A stretch of DNA of 64,000 nucleotides, from positions 286 to 64,285 of the forward strand of contig JAJZNL010000012.1 of assembly GCA_021852345.1 (NCBI GenBank). Direction: 5' to 3'. Below are positions 63,764-64,000 of the stretch, piece after piece. Position 1 is the stretch's first letter, and every line of letters begins with the position of its first letter. The notes under the pieces are model-generated. The model did not search any database, was not told the origin of the DNA, and saw nothing but the letters and a program-made list of their open reading frames with translations. Made by a program: the position numbers and the translations under genes. The DNA is from Actinomycetes bacterium. Its GTDB lineage: Bacteria; Actinomycetota; Acidimicrobiia; Acidimicrobiales; JABEUL01.

Positions 63764-64000
63764 TTGTATACCGTTGAGAATTTGGATGCTCTGGAGCTAC
63801 CGTTTCCAACTGTAGCTACGGTTAGACGTCACGTCGTTATTGACAGACCGGCTAACGAGGCTTGGGAATATATCGGTCAGCCGACAAGAATAACCGAATG
63901 GTTTCCTGGGATTGTCTCGGTCTCCGTCGTAGGAAACAAAAGACAGATTGAGACTGCTGCGGGAATGATATTTTTCGAAGATATAGTAACAAATGATCCC
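63764..64000 (+). CDS. SRPBCC/polyketide cyclase-dehydrase family protein (runs off right edge; missing from ORF track)
   Basis: Manual translation from TTG 63764 behind SD AAGGA: ...ATVRRHVVIDRPANEAWEYIGQPTRITEWFPGIVSVSV..NKRQIETAAG. Confidence 0.78.
   Translation, partial: MYTVENLDALELPFPTVATVRRHVVIDRPANEAWEYIGQPTRITEWFPGIVSVSVVGNKRQIETAAGMIFFEDIVTNDP

Overview
Core chromosomal segment of an actinobacterium, most likely Acidimicrobiia-like. This is inferred from ctaE-qcrCAB with a diheme QcrC, ctaC-ctaF, treS-mak, thrC-like/moaD next to a groES-less groEL with a CIRCE box, and coproporphyrin-dependent heme genes. The DNA is unusually AT-rich for this phylum, roughly 40% GC by eye. About 50 mostly metabolic genes are present, and I found no rRNA, tRNA, CRISPR array, transposase or phage genes. 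Most notable observations: (1) a SAM-I riboswitch with a ~115-nt AT-rich P3 insertion and no P4, controlling a threonine-synthase-like PLP enzyme plus a GG-ending sulfur carrier, with a [4Fe-4S]-type LarE and a NIL-domain protein a few kb downstream (possible sulfur-relay homocysteine module); (2) a ~560-nt leader between an MgtE-N/CBS gene and an NRAMP transporter, containing an unannotated Pro-Pro leader peptide, alternative hairpins and M-box-like remnants; (3) a stand-alone type IV minor-pilin cassette with a 783-aa Cys-rich PilX-like protein; (4) several enzymes that have lost canonical catalytic residues; and (5) a window-wide tendency to short tandem duplications and insertions. All assignments come from motif recognition, not database searches.
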